A stretch of 64,000 nucleotides of DNA from Lepidodermella squamata (lineage: Eukaryota > Animalia > Gastrotricha), in NCBI GenBank assembly GCA_047495785.1, contig JBLDXI010000009.1, forward strand, positions 3,410,001-3,474,000, in the 5' to 3' direction. Below the pieces are notes generated by a model. That model saw nothing but the letters and a program-made list of their open reading frames with translations. It ran no database searches and was not told the DNA's origin. Numbering within the stretch: the first letter of the stretch is position 1; every line of letters begins with the position of its first letter. The position numbers and the translations under genes were made by a program. Of this stretch, positions 12,148-25,079 are shown piece by piece.

Positions 12148-15100
12148 TAAAACGTCGTATCGCTTCAACACCGACTCGTGCTCTAGAAAATTCAGTGAAG
12201 TGATCAAAATTCGGAGCGAAAAATCTTCTTTACCATCGTCACACATTGGAACGTGGCAATAGCCCCAGTCAGTTGTCTTCGCCTCGCCAGCTATTGGGCA
12301 GTATAGCTTCGGCGAACCGCCTGAGTTTCTACATTTATTCAACGCAAATGATCCAGATCGATCGAAAACAGAATCTGGAAATGTAGACTCACTGTGAAAT
12401 AAAAAAAAATTTTTAAGACGGATTTTTTAATTTTAGACCGAGTTCAATTTACGAAAAGCCGCCATCTGGAACATAATTGCTAGCGTTCCATGGCAAGCAC
12501 GGCTCGCCGCACACAGTGGTGGCCAAAGATCCGGTATATTCAAAGCCTCGGCTGGTCCTTTGGCAGGTGGTCTCGAAAGCTAGATGAAAGATGAAATATG
12601 AAAATAATGAAATTTTTGCTATTTATCATCAACTTCAGCTTACAATTCGAACGAGGCGGTTTCATGATTATTGTCAGATAGGGTATTTCATCGGGATGGC
12701 GTTGCAGCCTATCTTCAGAGCTGTCGAATTTTACAATGTATCGCTTTGACATGTCGTTAGCCATCTCCAAGGAATTGAATTTGTACACATTCGCTGCGTA
12801 ATTGGTCGAATTTTGGAAAAACGACAGTGTCACGTTGACAGAATTGAGCTCAGTCGAGACAAAAACATGCAACGCGCTCGAAATAGCTGGATTCGTGCCA
12901 TTTTCAGAGTCGAAAATCACCATGTCACCCTCCGATTTTCCAGCTAATTCCACGGTTGTTATCGAAATTTTCGGATTACAAATCGAAATTTCATCATCGC
13001 AAATCGAAATCGGGCCGTGAAGTGTGCAAATAAATGTCACATTGAGTTGAGATGGACCGGCAAAGGTCAGGGTGACATTGGTGCCCACTGCAAAGACGGC
13101 TCTTTCGCCAATCGAGATTTTACATTTGTCCGATGCCACTGCGCGTTCTATAATTAGCCGGTTGTAGCCAGCCGAGTCATTTTCAACATGGAAGTAGTCG
13201 AATTTTGCAAGGAAAAAATCTGATTTTAATTGCATGAGATGATCAGATTGATAAAGGGCCGCCAGGGTGTATTTATTTGTCGGCCTCGGCCATAATTTTG
13301 TTCGGAAACCAATGACAGGTAGAGATTTCAGGGGAAGGTAAACGCTTGACGCGTTTGATTTTAAAGGCATGGCCGACAAAATCTCTCGCTCATTTTCGAA
13401 AAGCTTGAAAATCGGGTATAAAAGAGGTCCTTTTCCTCCAGAAACAACGGCATTTTGGCCGTAGCACCGTAAAGAAAGATCAACGCCGCCGTCAATTTTG
13501 GTTTCGAACGAAAAATACGCCCCATAATTCGACAGTTGATACAGCCTGGAGGTGATGGAATGATTCAAATTCAGGCTATTCATCGATATATCGCAAAAAT
13601 TGGCGGTGTTGAGAAGATTCAAAGAGTGGTATTCGACTTTCTTGGATTTGACATCAACGCATCGATATAAACCTGAATCGGTTGAATTCAGGGCGAAGAA
13701 TCGCAGTTCAAAACGATCGCTCGCTATCACCTCATTTGTATGATCCATAAAAGCTGTCATTTCCACGGATTTATTTTCTAGATAACCGATGTCCCCTATA
13801 AAGATATTGCACTACTCAAGCTTTGAACAGCAAATAATGAGCACTTACACTTTGACCACAATTTCCCATCGATCATTTTTTCCCAATAAATATTTTCAAA
13901 TTCGTCTTTCACAAAAAATCCACAAGTCACAACGAGATTACGTTGATCCAGCGCATAGCGGTGCTCGTAAACAGGGATCCGACCTTTGGAATCACCTGAA
14001 AATTCTGAAATAATTACACTAGGCATTTCGAAGTTCAATCAAACTTGTCTGACTCTGAACTGCAACATCTGCCACAACCGTGTCACGGTAGAGCTGGTTC
14101 AGAGATTCGTTCCGATATCGCAAGATGACTCGATAGATCCCTTCAAGCTTGAAATTGGCTTTGATGAGCGTCTCCATATCAGAAGTTTCACTCAAAATCG
14201 GGAGAGTGAATTTGAAAAATTTCATATCTTCATTTTCAAACTTAGCAGTAACGCCGGCCTTTGCGAGATTGAACACATCTTTCGCAATGATTTTGAAAAC
14301 CTCGGATTCTGAAGAGACTCCGCGACCTTCAAAAATGACCTGTCCATCTTTTATCAGAACGATTTCAGGGTCACAGATTGACTTTTGGTCATCATCGCAA
14401 GGCAAGAAGTCTTCCTTATGAGCACTTGGAATTCGGCAGTTCAAGGTAAGGTTGAATTCAGGCGCTAATTCCGGCAGATTAACCACGATTTTCTTCGCAT
14501 CAATAGGATTGCTATTGATTGCTAACGAGCAACTAACATCAAGAGTTCGATTGAAACGATAGTAAGGCGGGCCTGATTTTTTCGGGCAAATGTCGTCTCG
14601 GTATCGAAGTGATGCACCAACTGGCCGGCAAAAAATGCCGCACTGCTCGTATTTTCGAAATTCAGGACCGAATAGAAAATAAGGCAGACATTCATCGGAT
14701 TCGCAAAACTTATGACCCTCTTCAATCACATTGTCCCAATTTTGGCCAGACCAATTACCAGCAGTTCCATAATATACCTCATAGATAAGTTGTGGGCCAA
14801 TCGTTAGAACTTTCGACCCATCAGAATTTATGTAATAATTCTTCAAGGTATAGTCAGTCGGGCTGTAGTAGTCATTGCTGTGAACATAAACAGGTAAAAC
14901 CGAGCCTGGACAAGCTGTTTTGATTCCAATATCCGGAAAACTTCTGAAGAAATTTCTGAAGCTCATGATACCTTCCGGTAAAGCACTTCGACGAGGTATA
15001 AACTGTAGAATCGATTCATTTAAAGGAATTTTCCACCTTAATCTAACCGTTGCTTTCGTAATTTCCACGAGATTTTCTTCCCAACAGCTCTGATAGTCGA

Positions 15101-15464
15101 TTCCATTTTCGTCAAACATCCAAATTGGCAATTCGACAATCAAAAATCCATCGGCTATGTTGAAAGATATTTCAGGCATTTCGGGGTACACAGATGTTGC
15201 ATTTCGTCGCGTTCTGCCACCTCCAATGTCAAAGCCCAGATTCGGCGGTTTCCCTTCAAAATTTATTGCCGTAAAACTGGGCGGAAGATCGTCAAAACAC
15301 GTTTCTTTCTTGACGCGAATCGACGCAAAATCACCTGATTCTCGGTCCCTTTTAGGGACCAGCATGTCGAAATCGACGATTCCGAAGCCATATTTTGAGT
15401 CATAGCACTTCGAAAGAGCTGGCAACAAAATTCCGATCACGATAGTTACACGAAATCGGCTCAT

Positions 15465-15488
15465 TTAAAGCCTAAAATAAGAAATAAT
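15465..15488 (-). promoter_or_regulatory. 24-bp G5/G6 spacer with overlapping poly(A) signal and splice acceptor
   Basis: Minus strand: CAA TAA ATTATTTCTTATTTTAG|GCTTTAA ATG. AATAAA overlaps the G5 stop; the AG is 7 nt before the G6 ATG, with an in-frame TAA between them. Confidence 0.7.
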
Positions 15489-18400
15489 TTATTGGAGCGA
15501 AAGAAGATCATTCGTAAGCTGAAATAAGGGTCCAGTAAAAACATAAATTAAAATGAAAAAAATCGCAACAGTAGGCACAGGATGAGTTGCAGCTGACGAA
15601 TCTTGACCTTGAGCGAATAAGTCTTTCTTGAGCCCGAGAATAGCCGGTTCTTTTGACAATGTAGTCGGAGTGTATCGGAAGCTGATAATAAAATCTGCGA
15701 AATTGCGATAGTCATCTTTTAGATCGATATCAACGCTCAATATCAGCTGCGATTGGCTTGGTCTTAATTCCCAAATATCCACGCCGACTTCATACAGCTG
15801 CAAAAGGGGCCAGCTTCGGAAAAATAGCTGATTCGAGTCATTACGACTAGTTATAGTTATTTGAGGACTGCAAGCTTCAGAGTTCCCACAAAATCCGATT
15901 TCACGCCCACCCAAAGCTAGGCCACATTGAATTGATATATTTCTGGCGTCGCCGATGTAATCGGAATAGACTGACAACGGGATAGAATAAAGCGGCGGTT
16001 CCACTGCAACAAAATCTGTGGAATTATAGAAGATCGCGCATTTCGGCGGGTTGAACACCTTGAGGATAGTCAACTGAACCGGATTGCCAGGAGGCCCATA
16101 GGAATATACACCCTGATGAATTTTTAAATTAATTTGCGTGAGGTCGAATTTCAAAACGGACAGCGACCCGGTTAGAAGAGTTTGTGTCACCCAATTAGGC
16201 AATTTTTCGGAGTTTTGAATGCTGAAATACAAGGAAGACGAGAAGCGCCAGGCCCAATCGAAGCAACAATTCGAATGCTTCGAAAATCTATCATCTGGTT
16301 TGATTTCGTAAACAAAACCGTTTTCAGCCTCGACATGACTCAAAGTTACAATAAGAGGGAAATCAGTCAATTCTTTGGACGAGATTTGCATTTTCTTGAA
16401 ATGATAAGCGAAATAGGGATTATTATTGCATTGCCGCTGAATTTCCTTTTCTGAGCAAATGCATTCGGCAAAATTTTCAAACAATGCACAAGTCAAAGCT
16501 GAATCTTCAGGATTCGCCCGAAAATTGAACCCAGTACAATTTTCCCATGACTCGCATTGCTCAAAACAAGTTTCTACCGTTACACCTTTAAAGACTTTGG
16601 AAGGACTGCATCGATTGCAAAGGCCAATAAATCGTTTATAACGACCGCCAAACGTATCATCCCACCAATTATCGCAAGATGGAACATCGCAAACGTCTTT
16701 CACCAAGCTGGGGCTATTAGCAGTTTTGACCAGGCAAAACGGACTATCCAGGAAGTAACCGGGCCAAATTCGGCACGAACCTGGGTTCAATGAGGTCGAA
16801 TAATTTTTTCGGGCAATATCAAGCTCTTCATCAGCCCATATCTCGCAAGGCAAATTGAGGCAAGACGATCGCTTCACATTCCCAGTATATTCAGGGATCT
16901 TCCCAGGGTGATAGCAATCAATCGATAAATCTCGCCGATATCGCGATGGGGCAACTTTGACTTCAACACTGAACTGAATGCGCTGTTGTTTGGCAAAAGG
17001 ATCTCCTATCGAGATTTTGAACACGTATAACCCAGCCAAAGACCGGCGGAGATTTTGCAAATCGCTGAAATCTGAGAAATACGGCGAGAATTTCATCACT
17101 ACTACAAAATTGCGTTTATTAACGCGCCGCGCCAAAAATTGAATAGGCGATTGAGATTCGCCAAGATGGCCGAATTTCAAGGTGATTTCGCGCCTCCTCG
17201 CGGCATCATAAGCTTGAGCGATGACTTTAATATCAACCGGATAACAAGGAATTGAACCGTAGTAATAGCAAGCACTTGAATTGTCTGGGATCAGGAAGAA
17301 ACGATAATCGATTGAAAGCAGCGAACCAGGCTCGATTCTTAGTTCAAAATGGAAATCTTTCGAACCATACTGGCTCAGCATTACAGGTAGGGAAACGCGA
17401 GAATATTGCAACCAAACCGATGCGTTGAACAAGTTTTCGACTTCAGCCGGCGGCAATTCGTTTGTATTCCATTGGCCAATCAGTATCTTAGATTCAGTTC
17501 GTAAACTCGAAGCAACAGGTGCCGGTAGAAAATTCAATCGAGCAATATATTCACCGGAGCTGTTCGGCCGAACTAGCATTTTGGCCACCAAAAGCTTTCT
17601 GTCGATTTCGTACGAAGTTCGAACGTCAAACGGAGCAGATTCGCCATTCAATCGTTTTACGATGACTTTAGGATTGCAGACTTCGTTTTTGCATAGATCA
17701 ACACGCCTAGTTCCAATGTAACAAGCCCAGTTAAGTTCGAACGCTTTCAGGCCATGGCTGATATCAAATTTCAGGTCGAAAATTCCGTCATCTTTTTTGA
17801 CGAAGGTGTTATTAAGCAGGATCCTGCAACTGAGGCGTTCGTGAATATGAACCTGGTGATATTCGGCACTCCCATTGGCCAAACAGCGGTAAAGCCCGGA
17901 ATCTGATTTCAGCAGTAAGTCAGGTTTGCGTTCGTAGTAAATCGAAGGGCGCTGAATTTTCGCAAAATTCAGGTGGGCGCCTCGTTGGAAGGACAACCCG
18001 AATTCCCAGCGATCTTTATGGAGCACTGAAATATAATTAAGATTATTCAGATTTTTCCGATTATAATTGGCAAACCTGAGAATTTGCCAAGAAATGGATC
18101 ACATTTTTCCCACCGAACTTGATTGAAAAATTCCCTGCCAATATATTCAGCAATATTGCAGCCGATAAATATATCACGGGCGCCTTCTTCGTATTCATGG
18201 ACCGAGTAGGATTCGCCGAAAATGGGCCTTTCTTCCTCGGGTTCTGTTTGGCTTTTCTTTCGGTAATACCGATTCGGATCATGACTGACGCATTTAGGAA
18301 ACGAATGGCAGGTGCAAGCTTTGAACGTACATTTGATACCACTCTTCTCAGAAACATCGACCACAAAACCAGTGCAAATTTTCAAGGCATCGCAATAATC

Positions 18401-21400
18401 TGCATATCTATATGGCATTTTACATAAAAAAAATCGAATTCGCTACTATTTTTGATTACTCACGAGTTGATCGAAGTGTAATTAGTGCTGACCGCAAGAG
18501 CCGTATGGACCATGAGTGACTTCTTCTTGCCTTTCAAACACTGCTCACGCCTCGACTCTATGGCGTAGCAGTTGGTGAATTCACTCAAAGGTCGGTCTGC
18601 GTAATATTCAATGCGGCAGTCACATGGCGCAAAAAATCTGTCGTAGCGCCGTAGAACCGATTCTTCCACTGGCATTTAATAAAAAAATGCACAAAGGATT
18701 TGAGAGGGATAAACAACTCACTATCGTCACACATGGGTACGTGGCAATAGCCCCAGTCGCCCTTCCTCCAAACTGGGCTTGGGCCAAGTGGGCAATGAAG
18801 GGAGGTGGATTTGCTTGGATTTCTACACATATTCTTAGCAGCTTTTCCTTGGCGATCAAACGCAGCTTCAGGAAACACGGGCTCACTAAATAAAACAAAT
18901 GATTAGGCCGAAATTTAGTTAAAACAATTCATGAATTACGAAAATCCATCGAAGAAAAATGAGTTGCTTCTGTTCCACATTCCACATGTTTCATTGCAAA
19001 TAGTCTTCGCCAAAGGTCCCACGTACTCGGTACCCTGGTACGTTCTTCGACAGGTCGTTTCATAAGCTGAGAAACGAAATAGATAAAAATGGGTAATTTA
19101 GGCTAAATGGGGTTACAATTGACCCGCGGCGGCTTTACAACGAGGTCAAAATGCGGAATTCCGACCGATGAATGCAGCAAATTGTCACCAGTGTGGTTAA
19201 ATCGCAACATGAAACGCTTCGAAACTTCCCCTGACTTCGAGTTTTCAAGGTTTTCCAAATAAAATCTTGGAAAATTTTGGAAAAATCTCAGCGTTACATT
19301 CACAATTTTTCCTTCGACTTTCACCCCAGCTCGAGTGACAAAACGGTCGTCTGGAAGCTCGAGAAAACCAGCTCCTGACTGAAATATCTCAACTTCCGAA
19401 TCTTCGCCGGTGCCTCGGCTAAAAATTGAGGCGATAGGATCACACAGATGATTCTGTTCCCCACACGTTTTGATAGGATTAACGCGATTCAGGCTACACA
19501 TAAATGTCACATTCATCGGGTTGGGCCCAGCCATAGTAGCCGTAACATTATTGCCAATTTGAAAGGTAGCAATATCGTTAATTAAGATTCTGCAGGTGTC
19601 GTAAGAGTAAGGCTTCTCTTGAACAATTTCCATATTCCCTTTTTCGTCATATTTAACTATGATTGAGTCAAATTTGGTCGAGAAAAAGTTGTCTGGTAAA
19701 GGCTGGAGAGGATTAGACCAATATAGCGCAGCAACTGTGTATTGGCTATTTTCAGGAATCGGGGCTTTTATTAAGGTTGTTTTAAAGCCGATCACCGGGA
19801 CATTCGCCAACGGCCAATAAATAGCAGACGTTTGGTAATTCGATGCGATAGATGCAAAAAGTTCAAGATCGTTTTCGAAAAGTTTGAAAACTGGGTGGCT
19901 GATTGGTCCATTTTTGGTCAGAATCGCCATATTGCGACCGTAGCAACGCAAAGCCACGGTAACATCGCTTTGAACAGAAGTTTCGAACTTGACATAAGCG
20001 CCATACGAGGCGAGTTGAAACACTTTTGAATTCGTCGAATTCTCGTGATCACTGATAGAGAAATCGCAAAAATCGGACGCATTTTCGATATGAACGGCGT
20101 GATATTCCCAGCGTTTAGCAGGGCCATTGATGCACCGATAAAGCCCAGAGTCTGTTTCGTTTGCAGAACGTAACCGAATTAAAAATTGATCGCCAGCAAG
20201 AATATCAGCAGCGTGATCCATGAAAGCTTTCATTTCAAGGGATCTTTTGTCATCGTCAATATAGCCGATTTCCCCTATTGCAACATTCCAGAAAATTTCA
20301 TCGTGTTTTTCAAGTTAAAATCTTACACTTCGACAAAAATTTGCCGTCAAACAGCTTTTCCCAATAAACTTCAGCGTATTGACTCTTGTCGAAAAAGCCA
20401 CAATTCAGAGTCACGTGACCATGATCGGTACCAAATCTGTGCTCGTAGAAAACGATCCGTTTTTCATCATTACCTAAAAATTTTCAACATTAAAATACGC
20501 TTTCACATAGAGAACGGAGTGGTCAGAGTGTGCACTCTCAGCAAAGAGTGAAGTCTAATTAAAATAAAATACTACTCCTCAACAATTTTCAAAAACGTAA
20601 TTTTTTTAATTAATCGCTTTGTTCCTACATGTCGCTGTTGGCAAGGCGTACAGACAGTGCTACAGTCTCGAACACCCGCCGAGCTCTGTCACCGGCTGCA
20701 ACCCGATTCCAATCCAATCTCCGCCTAATCCGCCCAGCTCTATTGATGAATTGCAATTGATCTTGATCAACCAGACAGAAAGAAGAAAAGCTAGCAAGAA
20801 AGTTAAGCCGGCTAGATCAGTTAAAAGTTACAAGCAATTCGGGGCCGATCTTGAAACAGCTTGCGCGTTTTTGTCCTCTGCCGTTATTACGAGAAACTTT
20901 TGGAATAATAAGACAAAAATTACGAATTTCGGAGTGAAAAGGCGATTGAATCCAAGTTAGTGCTGGTTTCGTTGGTTACAACCTGCAGGGCTATCTGCGG
21001 CATAATAATAATACCACTTCTCGAGAATTGCGGCTTCAATTTCGTTCGTACCTACTACTTTCGCGACAATGTAACCGAGCTGTTGTTTGGACTTCTTCGA
21101 AGTTGCGGAGGTTGTGCGACTAATCTGACCCAGCCGGGATTGAGAACGCCATTATCAATCGAATAAACAAGACCCTATCGAGCGGCAAGCAACCAGAAGC
21201 CGAAAGGCGCCTCTGCTCAATGGCAAATGAAGCTCAATCTTGCTCGAAAATGTCGCTTTTACTATAGAAAATGGCTAACGAAACTTCAGTCGATTGCTGG
21301 CAACCGCTCGCTTCTCACTTGAATTTTTCTCAGTCTCTCGCCTTATTTTAAATATTAAATATGATAAATTTAATTGTTTATTCGGAAAACGGTTGTTTGC

Positions 21401-22387
21401 TATTCCTCAATGTCGTACGCGGCACCGCCAGTAGTCGTGTACAAGTGGGCCAACAGTGATACGCTACCGTTGGAATGGACACAAGGAGGCGATGATAGCT
21501 ACGCTTACACCTCTTCGCTAACTGGTTGGGTGAATTCAGAAGTGTTTTTCAACCAATGTCGAGACATCTGGTTTCCTTGGGCTAAGTCGACATCGGACCC
21601 CAATTACCCTGCAAGTTCTCTTTTGAGTTAAACTGTTTTGTTTGTAAATAATAATCATTTAAGGTATACATTCTTTGGGACATTCTTTGGCCACGGCCCG
21701 CATCTATCTTACGAGGGATGCAAACTGGCTATTGACGAAGGGGTTGAGCTGATCAGGTTTCCACCAGGGATGACCGATTCGCTTCAAATGATGGATCTAT
21801 CGTGCTTTGGTCCAGCTAAAGAAGGTTGGAGTGAAGTTATGCGCCGAAATCGATTCAAAGGCTTGACTGATTTGCGAAACTTTCCTAGTTTCCTCAAGCA
21901 GTTGATCACAACTCCCTTGAAAAGTGGGCTGGCCCCATTTTGTGCCAGGTAACATCATCGCAGGATTTCGACCTGGCGGTCTGGAGCTTGTCAACGGAAA
22001 GAAACGAGAAAGAAAGCGAACGTCACTCCCAAATTTCAAAAATATATCGATGCGGCGTATGTCATTGAAGATGTGCAATCTGACGGGAACTGCTTGTTCC
22101 GCGCCCTTAGTCTCCTGCTTCTGGGAACTCAAACTCAACATTCCGTTGTTCGAGCAGCGGCAGTTTTGAAGTACATCAAGGAGAGCGAAGATGTGTTCTT
22201 ACCGTTCAACGACGAAGAAGGCGACATTTTCGTGGAGGGTTTCGTCACCGAAGTGGAGCTACTGGCCAAAGCGGGTGAATGGGCCGGCAACAGCGCCCTC
22301 GTTGCTTGTTGTGAGGCCTATGATGTGAAAATCAGGGTATTGCAACCAGACACCTACCAGCCTGGGCATATCTTCGAGCCATCTGAT

Positions 22388-25079
22388 AATATATGAGATT
22401 CTTATTCGGCACCATTCGGCACCATTCGGCACCATTCGGCACCCTTCGGCACCCTTCGGCACCCGTCGGCACCCTTCGGCACCATCTGCCTTAATTAGCG
22501 CTTAAACACCGCGGCAAGACAGCAGTGCGCGCATATTATTACGCAAGAACATTACTTATCCAATGCGTATCGCTTGCATTTACATACATGCACAAATATA
22601 TAAGTACAAGCAACATTTTTGCGCTGTTTAGCGCTTTTTTCCAATCTAAGCACGCGTATTTTGTTACGAACAAAGGCGCGCAGTAATCGCCGGTTACGAC
22701 ATAGGTAGCCAGTTACGGCATAATTAGCAGGTTACGGCAACTCGCTATTCTCAAAGCAGGGAATAATAGCCGTTATGTATAGCGCATTATTTGAATTTTG
22801 CCAATATTCCTTCCGTTTTGAAATATACACGCGGTTTTTACCTGCTGTGAAACAGTGCGATATTCAACCCATTCCATCCTAATTTCATGATTATCGTTCA
22901 TTTTATCAAAAGCCTGTCCATAATTTTTTTCCGCGCTGACGTTACCATCTCGGGTCCCTAGATGCTGCATATACTCCTAGCGTATAACAAATTTATCTTT
23001 CCATTCATTATTGAGCAGTGTTTTCATGAGACGTAAAATGAGACGTCGCGGCTCGGCACAAGAAGAGGGATTTTTTATAATTTTTGCGATCTTGAGCTTT
23101 CATCACAATCATCTTTGAGGGATTGCGGGCTTCGAAGCCGCAGCGCCTATCTGAAGTACGTCTCATGATTTTTGTCTGGCCCATGCTATCACCTATCACT
23201 ATCTTTTTGAATGGTTTCACAATCGCTGCACATTTTTTCTCATTTTATGATGCGCTAACCGTTATCGTTTCAGTAGCAATTTTTTTTCCTCCGAGCCTTG
23301 CCCAAGTCTCGTCATTATACATCTTCTTACTTAAATTTGATCGTAAAACTGTAGGTATTGCTCTACATCGATAGCAGACTTACCATATCAAAGCAAGCTG
23401 ATTTTCATGATTCAGGAAATCAAAGGAAAGCTTTTTGTTGAATCTGTTGAATGTTCAAATCGGCTTCAAATCATAAAAAATGGAGAGAGAATTGAGATTG
23501 GGTCGTGTTGAAAGTTTGTTTGTATTAATTTGAGTCGACTTTTGCCAACGTTTGGTTTTGGCCAGGTCGAAACCCCCCTCCGATGTCATTCCGATGTGGG
23601 TCCTATAATTCCAATAGTATTGACTCTAGCATCTCCGAGAAGCTCATGTTCCGATCGGCGAGGCACTGATAGCCTAGGGGATCACCGGTAGCTTGACATT
23701 CCTTGCTTGCAGAAACAAAAAATCCAAGATTTTGGCAGCTAATACAACTGATGATGGTATATTTTTGGCTCAAGTTTTGAAAAATCAACTTAACGTATTA
23801 GAAAGATTGGGTCAATTGAGACAAAGATCGAGGTTGGGTAGTTTATAGCCGCCAACCGTCTACGTGGTTGCAGCCAACCGTCTAGTTGGGTGCAGCAAGA
23901 AATCCTCACTGCAATAATACTCGTTCGAGCTCCCTCTAAGATTCTGAAAAGTGCTATCTTTGGTATCTTCACTTTGTGCGATTGAAGTTGTTGTAGGAAA
24001 AGTTATTTTTGCGTTAGTTATAATGTTGCTCCTACTAAAACTATGTGTCACTACAACTCTTGGTTGGTTCTAGGTTGGAACGCGGTGCGGAATGAGAGTG
24101 GCGGATTGATTTCGCCTCTGATATCTAGAAGAATTGAATGTCCGCTAAAGCACACTTGATTAATTATTAAAGAATCCGTTTCGTCCCATTGGAAGCTGAA
24201 TGAGCCACTTCTATACCCGAGCCATAGTTGAAATTTTATGCGAAAAACGGTATTCGGGCTGCCAGTGCAATATTTCAAAAGGGAGGAAGTAATTAGCTGG
24301 CAGATTCAAAGCTCTAAAATTTGGGATCGTTTAGGTCGGCGATAGTAAGGGTGCCATCCCAATATACGTTACTCATAAGGAAGAATGGACCCATTTGTGG
24401 CAGAATTCATTAAAAGATACCGCTTCTCCCGCCAAAATCGTGAGGACGCGAAGCCTAAATCCTTTCCTGTAAGAAAGGCAATGAAGTTAGATATCAGTTC
24501 AATTGCTATGCCAAGCGCTTTTATGTGAAAGATTCCTGATTCACCACAAGCCACATCCTTGACCAGACCGGCAGGAGAATTTGCTCAGGTTTTTCAAGCA
24601 AAAACGCGAGATTCTAACGACATTTCGTAAAATCATGTTTATCAGAAGCTAGCCCCGCAAAAGAAATTATTATTCAAAAAAGTAATGCCGAGCCTTTAGC
24701 AGCTTCGAGCTACATCAGCATTCGCTGCTTTGTGATAGCGCTTGTATTACAAAAATGTGCGGTTGAAATAAAATAACGGTTCCAACCATGGCTCTAAGCA
24801 CGGCTTTCCTGATTGATTTTAATAAAATAAAATAAAATGCAAATAGTACGCTGATGACATGACCTCTTGCCATTTTGCCTATCTTTTTCAGTCAAATACT
24901 AACGTTGCAGAAGTGTATAAATAAAAAACGGTACTAAATAAACAACAGTCTAACTTCTTCCCCACCTTTTAAAGATATTTTTAGCACTACATACCGTTGT
25001 TTCGTCGAATAACGCAGTAAATTTGAAGATTCTACTTTCCGTGCCAAAAAATAAAAAAATCTGCCTACGAATTATCTAA
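22388..25079. mobile_element. Unclassified 2.7-kb insertion splitting the OTU domain
   Basis: Flanked by the direct repeat CTGAT (22383-22387, 25080-25084); removal restores FEPSDHSINPTELTLAY in frame. Confidence 0.6.
22404..22485. repeat. Tandem repeat of the 10-mer ACC(A/C)TTCGGC, ~8 copies
   Basis: Directly visible; no spacers. Confidence 0.9.

Larger units (their letters stand above)
3663..15464 (-). pseudogene. Array gene G6: Ig/kringle/PAN GPI-anchored protein (~1995 aa ancestral), exon 6 interrupted by a MITE
   Basis: Exons 15464-14045, 13995-13849, 13795-12644, 12579-12453, 12391-12234, 12182-11030 (MITE at 11200-12147), 10966-10641, 6118-3663. Removing the MITE restores RYDVLYAHCAC; with it, a stop occurs at 12133. 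AATAAA at 3608-3603. Confidence 0.85.

Noticed and set aside
22404-22485. CRISPR-like array
   Set aside because: Contiguous 10-mers with no unique spacers, in a eukaryotic context with no cas genes.
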